The notes under the pieces were generated by a model, which was given only the letters and a program-made list of their open reading frames with translations, was not told where the DNA came from and did not search any database. Of a stretch of DNA of 64,000 nucleotides, positions 17,091 to 24,960 are shown piece after piece. The stretch spans positions 359 to 64,358 of the forward strand of contig CAYYFB010000003.1 of the NCBI GenBank assembly GCA_964471255.1, given 5' to 3'. The position numbers and the translations under genes are program-made. Origin of the DNA: Candidatus Woesearchaeota archaeon (GTDB taxonomy: Archaea > Nanobdellota > Nanobdellia > CAYMVK01 > CAYYFB01). Within the stretch, counting starts at the first letter, position 1. Every line of letters begins with the position of its first letter.

Positions 17091-18515
17091 ATGGTAGACG
17101 AAGAAAAGAAACATTTGTTACTTTTGAGCCCATTTAGGATTTACGATGTGAGAGGTGTTATAGGGGTTAATTTGACCTATGAACTTATCGAAAAGATAGG
17201 AGTTGCACTGTCCCAATACTGGGAAGAGGATGAAACGATAGGAATAGGAAGAGACGTAAGGCTTCACTCACCTAATGTCTTTTCCTCTTTAACTAGAGGA
17301 ATACAAACAAAAGAGAAGAATGTAATAAACTTCGGTGTAATAACAACCGGAATAGCGAATTTTATTGCTTGGAGAAGGAATATTCCTGTAGTAATGATAA
17401 CAGCATCCCATAACCCACCGGAGTGGAACGGTCTCAAATTTTTCCATAAAGGAGGGAAAGAATTCAGTCCGGAAGAACTAAAGAAATTGGAGGATAAAAC
17501 TAAACAGATCAAAGAGATTCCAAAGGGAAGAAAGGGAGCTGTGATGGATGAGAATGTGTTACCAGAATATAAGGACTATATAAGAGAATGTTTCGATATA
17601 ATTGGGGAATATAGGGTTGGATTTGATCCAGCAAACGGATGCGGAGGAGTACTCCTAGATATACTAGAAGAAACCTTTAAGGTTTACGGTATTAATCTTG
17701 AGCTTGATGGGACTTTCCCTGCTCACATTGCTGATCCCTCATATCCTGAAAATCTTGAACAGCTAAGAGATCTCGTTAAGAAAGAAAACCTCGATTTCGG
17801 AGTTGCTATGGATACAGACTGTGATAGATTTTGGGTAGTATGGGAAAATGGGAGAATTGTACCCAGCATTTTTGTAGCCTATCTATTTGCAAAGTACCTC
17901 TTAAAAGGCGGAGATAACATATTGGTGAATTTCGAGATGCCTTTTTTCGTCGAGAGCCTTTTTGAACAGCTAGGAGTAAATTACTCTCTAGAAAAAGTGG
18001 GCTATCCTTTCATGAAAGAGGGCGCAAGAAGAAAAAGATCTTTGCTCTTTGCAGGGTACAGTGGACATTTTGGGTTCAGAGAAAATAACTATTCCGATGA
18101 TGCATTATATGCTTTATTTAGATTTATATCGATGATTGAAGAAATGGAAATAGATGTTAATACAGAAATTAATAATTTCCCCCAATATTTTGAAAAAAGA
18201 ATTGAATTTGAAATAATAGATCATTACGAAGCATACGAAAGAGTTAGAGCTTATGTAGACAATTACAAAATAGGAGATTTAAGAAGAGAGCTTGACGGTT
18301 TGGGAATTTACTTCGGAAGAAAGGGCAGGATTCTCATAAGACCCTCGAATACTGAAGCTTTACTGAGGATAAAAGTAGAAGCTGATAGTATAGAGAGAGT
18401 TAACTCTTTGAGAGATACCGCGGTAGATATAATTTATAAATCTATCCCAAAAGAGAGAATACTAAAGAAAAGAGTAGAGTCAAGAATATTTGGTTTTCCG
18501 AGAGATGTAAAATAA
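17091..18515 (+). CDS. Phosphohexomutase (phosphoglucosamine/phosphomanno/phosphoglucomutase family)
   Basis: Active-site loop TASHNPPEWNGLKF, metal loop GVAMDTDCDR and the C-terminal RPSNTEALLRI loop. Confidence 0.85.
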   Translation: MVDEEKKHLLLLSPFRIYDVRGVIGVNLTYELIEKIGVALSQYWEEDETIGIGRDVRLHSPNVFSSLTRGIQTKEKNVINFGVITTGIANFIAWRRNIPVVMITASHNPPEWNGLKFFHKGGKEFSPEELKKLEDKTKQIKEIPKGRKGAVMDENVLPEYKDYIRECFDIIGEYRVGFDPANGCGGVLLDILEETFKVYGINLELDGTFPAHIADPSYPENLEQLRDLVKKENLDFGVAMDTDCDRFWVVWENGRIVPSIFVAYLFAKYLLKGGDNILVNFEMPFFVESLFEQLGVNYSLEKVGYPFMKEGARRKRSLLFAGYSGHFGFRENNYSDDALYALFRFISMIEEMEIDVNTEINNFPQYFEKRIEFEIIDHYEAYERVRAYVDNYKIGDLRRELDGLGIYFGRKGRILIRPSNTEALLRIKVEADSIERVNSLRDTAVDIIYKSIPKERILKKRVESRIFGFPRDVK

Positions 18516-18520
18516 AAAAA

Positions 18521-19414
18521 TTAAGCAGAAACCCCCTTCTCGTAGATTCCTATTAGTGTCATTTGGGAAACTGGCCCCCAAACTAGCACAACAAATGCAC
18601 TTAGAATAATCACTATTATAATCCCTATTATGCCTGCTATTATCCCTCCCATTAGTCCTCCAGCTGCAATTCCTCCTAATGTCATTGCTCCAGCGGTAAA
18701 GGTGGATATTAACGACACTATAAAATACAAAACAAATGTTATTATTCCTATAAGGATTATAGCTCCAATACTGTAGCCTGGCTTATTTTTAATAAAATTC
18801 CAGGAAGCTAAAGCTGATGATCTTATGTCCTCCTCCTTAGTTGCAAAATGTATCAGAAAATAGGTCGAAAATGCACCCAAGATTAAGGAAACTATTATAA
18901 TCATCAAATAAAGTACTGCAGCCACCCTCACGATCCCCTCTGTTAATAACGCCTGAGCTGTAAGAGAAAGAACAGAAAGTATGACTCCCATTAATATAGG
19001 AATGAATGTAGCTTTTATACAATCAGAATATTTGGAAATTGTGTATTTCAGTGGAGTTGTTGCTCCAAAATCTTCCCCCTTTAGTGCCAAATATAAAGTC
19101 CTAATCATTCCTATAGAAAATGCTATTGGTATCGATCCAATTATTAAAAATAATACTACAAACCCTAGGAATATTGGTAATTGCGATATTGTTATCCCTT
19201 TTTTATAGACAGGAACTGTACTTGGAGGTTTTGGCATTAATGTTTCTTTAGAGGGCATAGGGATCACAAGCGCTAGTACTGTGTAGATTACTAGCAAAAG
19301 AATTGTCATTACTATTCCTGTAACTATTGTTGCTGCTATTATTTTTAGCCATTTTTTCTTATAGGCAGAAAAAGCTTCCCCTAAAGAACTCCTAAAATCT
19401 GCTAGCAATCCCAT
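18521..19414 (-). CDS. Polytopic membrane protein with a Gly-rich C-terminal helix, unknown function
   Basis: 297 aa with at least 6 hydrophobic segments and the stretch GGIAAGGLMGGIIAGIIGIII. Confidence 0.5.
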   Translation of the reverse strand: MGLLADFRSSLGEAFSAYKKKWLKIIAATIVTGIVMTILLLVIYTVLALVIPMPSKETLMPKPPSTVPVYKKGITISQLPIFLGFVVLFLIIGSIPIAFSIGMIRTLYLALKGEDFGATTPLKYTISKYSDCIKATFIPILMGVILSVLSLTAQALLTEGIVRVAAVLYLMIIIVSLILGAFSTYFLIHFATKEEDIRSSALASWNFIKNKPGYSIGAIILIGIITFVLYFIVSLISTFTAGAMTLGGIAAGGLMGGIIAGIIGIIIVIILSAFVVLVWGPVSQMTLIGIYEKGVSA

Positions 19415-19443
19415 ATAAAGTTAAGGTTTCAAAAAATAAAAGC

Positions 19444-19531
19444 TGGGCCCGCGGGGATTCGAACCCCGGACCTACGGCTGTCTCCGGGGATGCCATATAA
19501 GGCCGTCGCTCTACCACTGAGCTACGGGCCC
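19444..19531 (-). tRNA. tRNA-Ile (inferred anticodon UAU) with a 16-nt intron at the canonical 37/38 position
   Basis: The reverse complement reads GGGCCCG-TA-GCTC-AGTGGTA-GAGC-G-ACGGC-CTTATA[TGGCATCCCCGGAGAC]A-GCCGT-AGGTC-CGGGG-TTCGAAT-CCCCG-CGGGCCC-A. The intron maps to 19480-19495. UAU is the only loop reading that keeps U33 and a purine at 37 with an Ile-type acceptor stem. Confidence 0.7.
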
Positions 19532-19575
19532 ACATTTTCAGATATATTCCTACTATAAAATTAGTTGATTTCTTT

Positions 19576-20085
19576 TTAGACTTTTTCTTTTAAGACTTTT
19601 ATAAGTTCTCTTACATCCCTTATTCCATCCGTAAACTGTGGAACGAACTCACTAAGTATTTTCTCCATCGCCTTTAGGCTTGTTTTTACTTCTTTCATTT
19701 CATCTATATGTTCTTTCTCCCTTTCAGCAATTCTAGCCTGAATTTCAGAAAACACCCGCTCCAGCTCAGCAAGTTTTGATGACAATGATGTTATTTTACT
19801 CTCAGTGCTTTTTATTTTGTTCTCAAACTCAACGAGTCGCATATCTACTTTTTTCCATTTTTCCTCCACAATTGCCTCTACAAGCCTTTCTACATCTTCC
19901 ATCGTGGCATAAGCATATGTGGGTTCTGGAGGCTTGGTAACCTCTTTCTTAGGCCTCTCTTCTACCATCTCGATAGCCTCTTCCTTAGGTTCTTCTAGTT
20001 CTAACGGCATTTCTTCAATATCTTTTAATTCCTCTTCGATATCTTCAATCCCCTTCTCTTCTTTCTTTTTGCGTTTAAATATCAT
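19576..20085 (-). CDS. Acidic coiled-coil protein, unknown function
   Basis: 169 aa, E/K-rich, with heptad-like repeats. It overlaps the upstream coiled-coil gene by 4 nt, suggesting an operon. Confidence 0.45.
   Translation of the reverse strand: MIFKRKKKEEKGIEDIEEELKDIEEMPLELEEPKEEAIEMVEERPKKEVTKPPEPTYAYATMEDVERLVEAIVEEKWKKVDMRLVEFENKIKSTESKITSLSSKLAELERVFSEIQARIAEREKEHIDEMKEVKTSLKAMEKILSEFVPQFTDGIRDVRELIKVLKEKV
19756..19764 (-). repeat. CTGGAGCGG word, copy 2
   Basis: Exact 9-mer, in-frame LER (AELERVF) of the coiled-coil gene. Confidence 0.95.
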
Positions 20086-20480
20086 AATCCCTTCTCCCTA
20101 AGAATCCTATTAAGTCTTTCTAAAGTAACAAATTTGGAAGGATTTATTAAGTCAACATACTTTTCAATAATTTTTACTTCATCTTTCCTTGCGAAGTCTT
20201 TCATTCTTTCCTTTATTATTGCAAGTTCATCTGAAAGAAGTGCCAAGGTTTTAGAAATTTCCCCTAATCGCTCCTTTAATGTTTTGATTTCATCTTTGAG
20301 AGAAGACAGTTCTCTTAGAGTACCTGCCTCAATAGAGCTTATTTTTTTCATTATTGATGTTAATCCCTCTTCTACAATTCTTGTCCTTGCCACTAGATCC
20401 GCTAATTCTTTTCCTCCGGTCTCCCTTGGTCTTCTAATCTCTACCTTTTTTTCCTTTTTTGTGGGAATTATTTCTACCAC
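20082..20480 (-). CDS. Coiled-coil protein, unknown function
   Basis: 132-aa helical ORF, divergent from the ATPase gene at 20514 across a 33-bp spacer. Confidence 0.45.
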   Translation of the reverse strand: MVEIIPTKKEKKVEIRRPRETGGKELADLVARTRIVEEGLTSIMKKISSIEAGTLRELSSLKDEIKTLKERLGEISKTLALLSDELAIIKERMKDFARKDEVKIIEKYVDLINPSKFVTLERLNRILREKGL

Positions 20481-20513
20481 AAAAGAGATAAGCTAAGGAA
20501 GTAAATTAATCTT

Positions 20514-22772
20514 GTGAAATGTAAATATCAGCTTGTCTCTACTCCAACTGGAAAAGAATTAATCATTGATCTAGAGAGTTGCAAAATTCTCCCTACATTA
20601 GAGGATAATCCGGAGTGCATGAGAAAAGTGATTGAAATCCTTCTAAAGGTTGGAAAAATAGATTCTCTCTCACTTGTTTATAATCTAGAATACAATTATC
20701 CGAAAGATCAAACAGACATACTAAATGATTACAGACTAGCTCTGATAGATATTTATTTTAAAGAGAAAATTGAAGAAGAGTTAGATCGTATTTCAAAAGA
20801 GCCTATATATTTAAAATACCATGCTCCTACAATCGTAACTCTTAAGCATGTAGTCAAAGATCTGTTGCTTGAAGATCCAATAGAAGCATATCTGGAAGCT
20901 AGAAAGGCCTATTTCATAGAAAAAGCAAAAAAGCCTGTTGATGAGGAAAATAAAAGGACAAAAACAAAGATCCTGCTCCTTTTAGGTAATTTAATCAAAA
21001 AGTTAGAAGAAACAAAAATAATAAAAAAGTTTGAAGGCAGATTTAGAGAATACACAGAAAGAAATTTTTACCGAGAAATCTTTAGACCAATAATTAGGCC
21101 AGCTTTCATAAAAACAAGATTATACACAACCGGCCCCCCAGACTCTGTTGAAATTGAGAGCTATTTCAAATTAGGAAGGAAAATCTCAATTTTTAAAAAG
21201 AAAAATGAGAGTAGGTTTTATTACCTAATCACCCCTCCAGAGTATTTCCTAAAAAAAGATGAGATGGACATATTAATTTCAGTTAGAGATATTTTAGGAA
21301 AGCTCACTCCAGAAGAGACTCCCTTTATCCGAACTAGAAAGGTTAGAGAGATAGTAAAGGGAATGGCGATTGATCTCATTAACAAAGAGGCAAAAGAAAA
21401 AGGTTTAGACCTTTCTGGAGAAGATATTGAAAAACTTGCGGAAATTTTGACAAAAATAACGGTTGGGTTTGGAATTTTGGAAGATATAGTGGCTGATGAC
21501 AAAATAGAAGATGTATATATTAATTCTCCAATAGGGGAGATACCTATTATTGTAAAGCACTCGGATTATGGTGAAATGATTACTAATATTTTACCAAATG
21601 AAGAAGAAGTAAGAAGTTGGATATCAAAAATAAGACTTCTTTCTGGAAGACCGTTAGATGAAGCACATCCTGTTCTTGACTATGATCTTACCTTGCCCAC
21701 CGCAAGGACAAGGGTTGCAATAGTCCAACAACCCTTTTCAATGAAAGGTTATGCTATCGCCATCAGAAGACACAGAGCAAGACCTTGGACGCTCCCTCTT
21801 TTTATAAAAAATGGGATGATCTCTTCTTTAGGAGCTGCCTTGTTATGGTTCCTGGTAGATGGGGGAAGAACAATTCTAATAGCTGGAACCAGAGGGGCTG
21901 GAAAGACCTCTTTATTAATGAGTCTTATACTTCAAATATCAAGAAGATATCGTATAATTACAATTGAAGACACTCCAGAGCTTCCGGTAGATTATTATAG
22001 AAAATTAGGCTATAATATCCTTCCTCTTAAAGTAAGAAGCGCTACAGCTATTGAATCTGCGGAATTAACTGCTGAACAGGGAATAAGAACTTCCTTAAGA
22101 CTTGGAGATTCCTGCCTCATTATTGGAGAGGTAAGAGGAAAAGAAGCAAGAAGCCTTTACGAAGCAATGCGAGTGGGAGCAATGGCAAATGTTGTGGCTG
22201 GAACTATTCATGGAGATTCTCCTTATTCAGTATTCGATAGGGTTGTTAATGACATTGGTATTCCTCCGACATCTTTCAAAGCTACAGATATTATAGTGAT
22301 AGCCAATAAAATCAGAACCCCTGGTGGTCTAAGGGAGGTGAGGAGGGTTGTGGAGATTTCAGAAATAAGGAAACATTGGGAAAAAGATCCGCTTCTGGAG
22401 CGGGGGTTTATTACTCTAATGAGATATGACGGAAAAAAAGATTTGCTTGTCCCCACTCCAGAATTGATAGAAGGGGATAGCGAGATACTAAAATCCATAG
22501 CATCTAGAGTCAGAGAATTCATAGGAAGATGGGAGAAAATATGGGAAAACATCCTCCTAAGGAAGGAGGTGCTTGAGACTATCATTTCAATCTCAAACAA
22601 TGCAGGAAATCCTGAAATTTTGGAAGCAGAGTGTATAGTAGCTTCTAATGATATTTTTGCAAATGCAGTAGACAAAATAAAAGACGAATTAGGAGATCTG
22701 ATAAAGGAAGAGATCTACAAAGAATGGAAAGACAATTTTACAAAATATCTAAAAGAAAAAGGATATATATAG
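20514..22772 (+). CDS. Type II/IV secretion-system ATPase (FlaI/PilB/VirB11 superfamily) with an N-terminal extension of about 430 aa (GTG start)
   Basis: Walker A GTRGAGKTS, followed by IITIEDTPEL, IIGEVRGKEA and GTIHG boxes in the C-terminal half. The N-terminal half is not recognisable. Confidence 0.8.
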   Translation: MKCKYQLVSTPTGKELIIDLESCKILPTLEDNPECMRKVIEILLKVGKIDSLSLVYNLEYNYPKDQTDILNDYRLALIDIYFKEKIEEELDRISKEPIYLKYHAPTIVTLKHVVKDLLLEDPIEAYLEARKAYFIEKAKKPVDEENKRTKTKILLLLGNLIKKLEETKIIKKFEGRFREYTERNFYREIFRPIIRPAFIKTRLYTTGPPDSVEIESYFKLGRKISIFKKKNESRFYYLITPPEYFLKKDEMDILISVRDILGKLTPEETPFIRTRKVREIVKGMAIDLINKEAKEKGLDLSGEDIEKLAEILTKITVGFGILEDIVADDKIEDVYINSPIGEIPIIVKHSDYGEMITNILPNEEEVRSWISKIRLLSGRPLDEAHPVLDYDLTLPTARTRVAIVQQPFSMKGYAIAIRRHRARPWTLPLFIKNGMISSLGAALLWFLVDGGRTILIAGTRGAGKTSLLMSLILQISRRYRIITIEDTPELPVDYYRKLGYNILPLKVRSATAIESAELTAEQGIRTSLRLGDSCLIIGEVRGKEARSLYEAMRVGAMANVVAGTIHGDSPYSVFDRVVNDIGIPPTSFKATDIIVIANKIRTPGGLREVRRVVEISEIRKHWEKDPLLERGFITLMRYDGKKDLLVPTPELIEGDSEILKSIASRVREFIGRWEKIWENILLRKEVLETIISISNNAGNPEILEAECIVASNDIFANAVDKIKDELGDLIKEEIYKEWKDNFTKYLKEKGYI
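22395..22403 (+). repeat. CTGGAGCGG word, copy 3
   Basis: Exact 9-mer, in-frame LER (PLLERGF) of the 752-aa ATPase. Confidence 0.95.
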
Positions 22773-22774
22773 AG

Positions 22775-23752
22775 TTATTCTAACCAGATAGATACTTCCT
22801 TATCCAAACTAGAGATAAATTTTTCAAACTTTCCAGCGGGAATCCTGGCGCCGCAAGCATATTTATGGCCTCCACCACTCCCTCCAAACTTGAGCGAGAG
22901 TTTCCTCAGAATTAGGTTTAGATCCAACATTGGAATCTCATTGGCCCTTAAGCTCATATCTATCATCTTATCCTTTTTTCTTATTACCCCGGCTAGTCCT
23001 ACTGGAGCGCGAGTGACAGCTTTAGCAAAAATAGCAGCCCTGGAGAGGGGGCCAGGAGGATTAATCACAAATGCTATATTTCCTACCTTTTTCACATTAT
23101 CCTTAACCCAATTTCTTAACTTTTCTTCTATCTTCGCTTCTTCTATAGCTAGTCCAACTAAAAGCCTCCATTCGCTTGGTAGAAGGTTTTTTCTTAAATA
23201 ATTTACAAGCTCTCTTTTGAAATCATAATCTCCTCTTTTCCTTTCTAAAGAATTTATTAAAATTCCTGCCTCAAAATAAAGGGAACGTTTATCCCAAAAT
23301 CTTAATAATTCCTTCATATAGGGGGTAGTATCCATATAATCTCCAATCCCACCGTAGATAGCAACTCTTGATAAATCTCCAGGAATTCTTCGCTCAAGAA
23401 ATCTATAGACTAACTCAGAAGTACAAGCAAACTGTGAATACACAAACTTAGAAGTTACTCTTCTAATGTCTCCGATGTGGATGCCCAGAGGAAGCGGATG
23501 ATGATCAATATATATGACATTACCCAATTGTTTAAACAAAGCCAAAAGCTCATTTAAATCTCTCTCATTGAGAGAAATGTCCAAGATAAAGATATTATCA
23601 TATGGTCCGTTCTTAATATTTTCTTTTAGGTCCTCTAAGAGACCATAAGGATGTGAAAAGAAAACTTTTACGTCTTTTCTCCATCGACTTATAAGAGCCG
23701 CTGAACAAATTCCATCTACATCTCCGTGGGAGAGTATTAGATCCATAAACAT
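22775..23752 (-). CDS. DHH/DHHA1 family phosphoesterase (RecJ/NrnA-like)
   Basis: LSHGDVDGICSA (motif I), YIDHHP (the DHH motif) and GGSGGGHKYACGA (DHHA1). Confidence 0.75.
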   Translation of the reverse strand: MFMDLILSHGDVDGICSAALISRWRKDVKVFFSHPYGLLEDLKENIKNGPYDNIFILDISLNERDLNELLALFKQLGNVIYIDHHPLPLGIHIGDIRRVTSKFVYSQFACTSELVYRFLERRIPGDLSRVAIYGGIGDYMDTTPYMKELLRFWDKRSLYFEAGILINSLERKRGDYDFKRELVNYLRKNLLPSEWRLLVGLAIEEAKIEEKLRNWVKDNVKKVGNIAFVINPPGPLSRAAIFAKAVTRAPVGLAGVIRKKDKMIDMSLRANEIPMLDLNLILRKLSLKFGGSGGGHKYACGARIPAGKFEKFISSLDKEVSIWLE

Positions 23753-23798
23753 TACTGAAAAGTCCTTTTATCTTAGGATACCAAAAACTTTTTCCCTA

Positions 23799-23870
23799 TG
23801 CGGCCGCCGGGATTCGAACCCGGGACCTCTGGCTTGGAAGGCCAGCGTCCTACCACTAGACTACGGCCGC
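23799..23870 (-). tRNA. tRNA-Gly (anticodon UCC)
   Basis: The reverse complement reads GCGGCCG-TA-GTCT-AGTGGTA-GGAC-G-CTGGC-CTTCCAA-GCCAG-AGGTC-CCGGG-TTCGAAT-CCCGG-CGGCCGC-A. Confidence 0.9.
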
Positions 23871-23905
23871 ATGTTCTTCTTTCTGTTCCTACCTCTTTAT
23901 CCTTT

Positions 23906-24271
23906 ATGTCAAAAAGATATGCCTCAGAGGTGGAAAGAGAACTCCTCAGAAGAATTGAAAGTAGTGGAGGTATTTGTTTTAGAGTCGCTGGTTCTGGAAG
24001 TTATGGTGGAAAACCAGACCTTATAGCAAGGATTGGAAACAAATACTATGTAATAGAAGTAAAGTATACGAAAAACAATTTTGTTTATATAAAAGAGGAA
24101 CAGAAGTTAAAATTAATTGAACAAGCTCTAAAATTTAATGCAATTCCAGTACTGGCGGTGAAATTTAGAAAGAAAGGTTGGCGCTTTTTCGATTTGAGAT
24201 TAGTTGAAAACAAAATAGAAATAAATACAAAAAAAGGTTTAATTGATATTTTTCATAAATCATTGATCTAA
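23906..24271 (+). CDS. hjc: Holliday junction resolvase Hjc
   Basis: ASEVERELLRRIESSGGICFRVAGSG...KPDLIA...YVIEVKY matches the Hjc E..(P)D..E.K nuclease core. The ORF-track start at 23798 lies inside tRNA-Gly, so the ATG at 23906 is used. Confidence 0.8.
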   Translation: MSKRYASEVERELLRRIESSGGICFRVAGSGSYGGKPDLIARIGNKYYVIEVKYTKNNFVYIKEEQKLKLIEQALKFNAIPVLAVKFRKKGWRFFDLRLVENKIEINTKKGLIDIFHKSLI

Positions 24272-24960
24272 AACCAGCACCTTTCAATTTTTCCGTTAGT
24301 AATAAGGAGAAAAGATCTACTTTGAGAGAGTCTGGAGGAACAGACGGTTATTTGAAGATTATAGAAATTTTCATTCCTATGGATATGGCCACTAATGATA
24401 CATTTTTTCCTAACCCGCTCCAGAAACTCTTTCATTTTCTCTTTTCCATATACCCAAATCCCCGCTAATGGATCAAAGCCCGTCCTTGGGGAAGGTATTA
24501 CACCTTTTATTCTAGCAGGATCATTCCAAACTATTTGAGTAATAATACCCTCGTCTAGTCTTTTGATTTCGCACTCCAGAGGAATCCCTCCATGAAGAAA
24601 CACAAAATTGGGGGAGAAAACAGCAACGTAAAACGTCTCAAAAAAGCCTATATCATCTGGAGTGGGTTCGTAGGTCCTCGGATAACAACCAGGTCCACCT
24701 AAATACTGCCACTCGTGGTTTCCTATTAAGTTTATAATTCTTCCTGGATACTTTTTCTTTATATTTTTGAGCCACTCCAGAACCTCCCTAGAATTTGGGA
24801 ATCTGTCTATATTATCTCCCAGATTTATTAGTATGTATCCCTGTCTCACCTTCTCCTCAAGAAAACCCGATATTTGATCCAAAGAAGCAATATCCCCGTG
24901 GAAATCAGAAACTACGACTAGGTCCTCGTGCTCAATTACGAGATTTTTAGGCTTATACAT
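24268..24960 (-). CDS. Calcineurin-like metallophosphoesterase
   Basis: Motifs SDFHGD, LGDNIDR, GNHE and GHIH are present. Confidence 0.75.
   Translation of the reverse strand: MYKPKNLVIEHEDLVVVSDFHGDIASLDQISGFLEEKVRQGYILINLGDNIDRFPNSREVLEWLKNIKKKYPGRIINLIGNHEWQYLGGPGCYPRTYEPTPDDIGFFETFYVAVFSPNFVFLHGGIPLECEIKRLDEGIITQIVWNDPARIKGVIPSPRTGFDPLAGIWVYGKEKMKEFLERVRKKCIISGHIHRNENFYNLQITVCSSRLSQSRSFLLITNGKIERCWF
24415..24423 (-). repeat. CTGGAGCGG word, copy 4
   Basis: Exact 9-mer, in-frame LER (EFLERVR) of a metallophosphoesterase. Confidence 0.95.

Noticed and set aside
19919-20496. ORFs 19919-20101 and 20134-20496 on the plus strand
   Set aside because: They lie antisense to the two coiled-coil genes. 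Their Ser-rich, low-complexity translations are typical of the reverse frame of GAA/AAG-rich sequence.
22223-22675. 150-aa ORF antisense to the 752-aa ATPase gene
   Set aside because: It lies wholly inside a gene with clear Walker motifs, and its translation has no recognisable features.
23798-23905. N-terminal extension of the Hjc ORF (MRPPGFEPGTSG...)
   Set aside because: The extension is the antisense translation of tRNA-Gly(UCC). The Hjc homology begins at the ATG at 23906.
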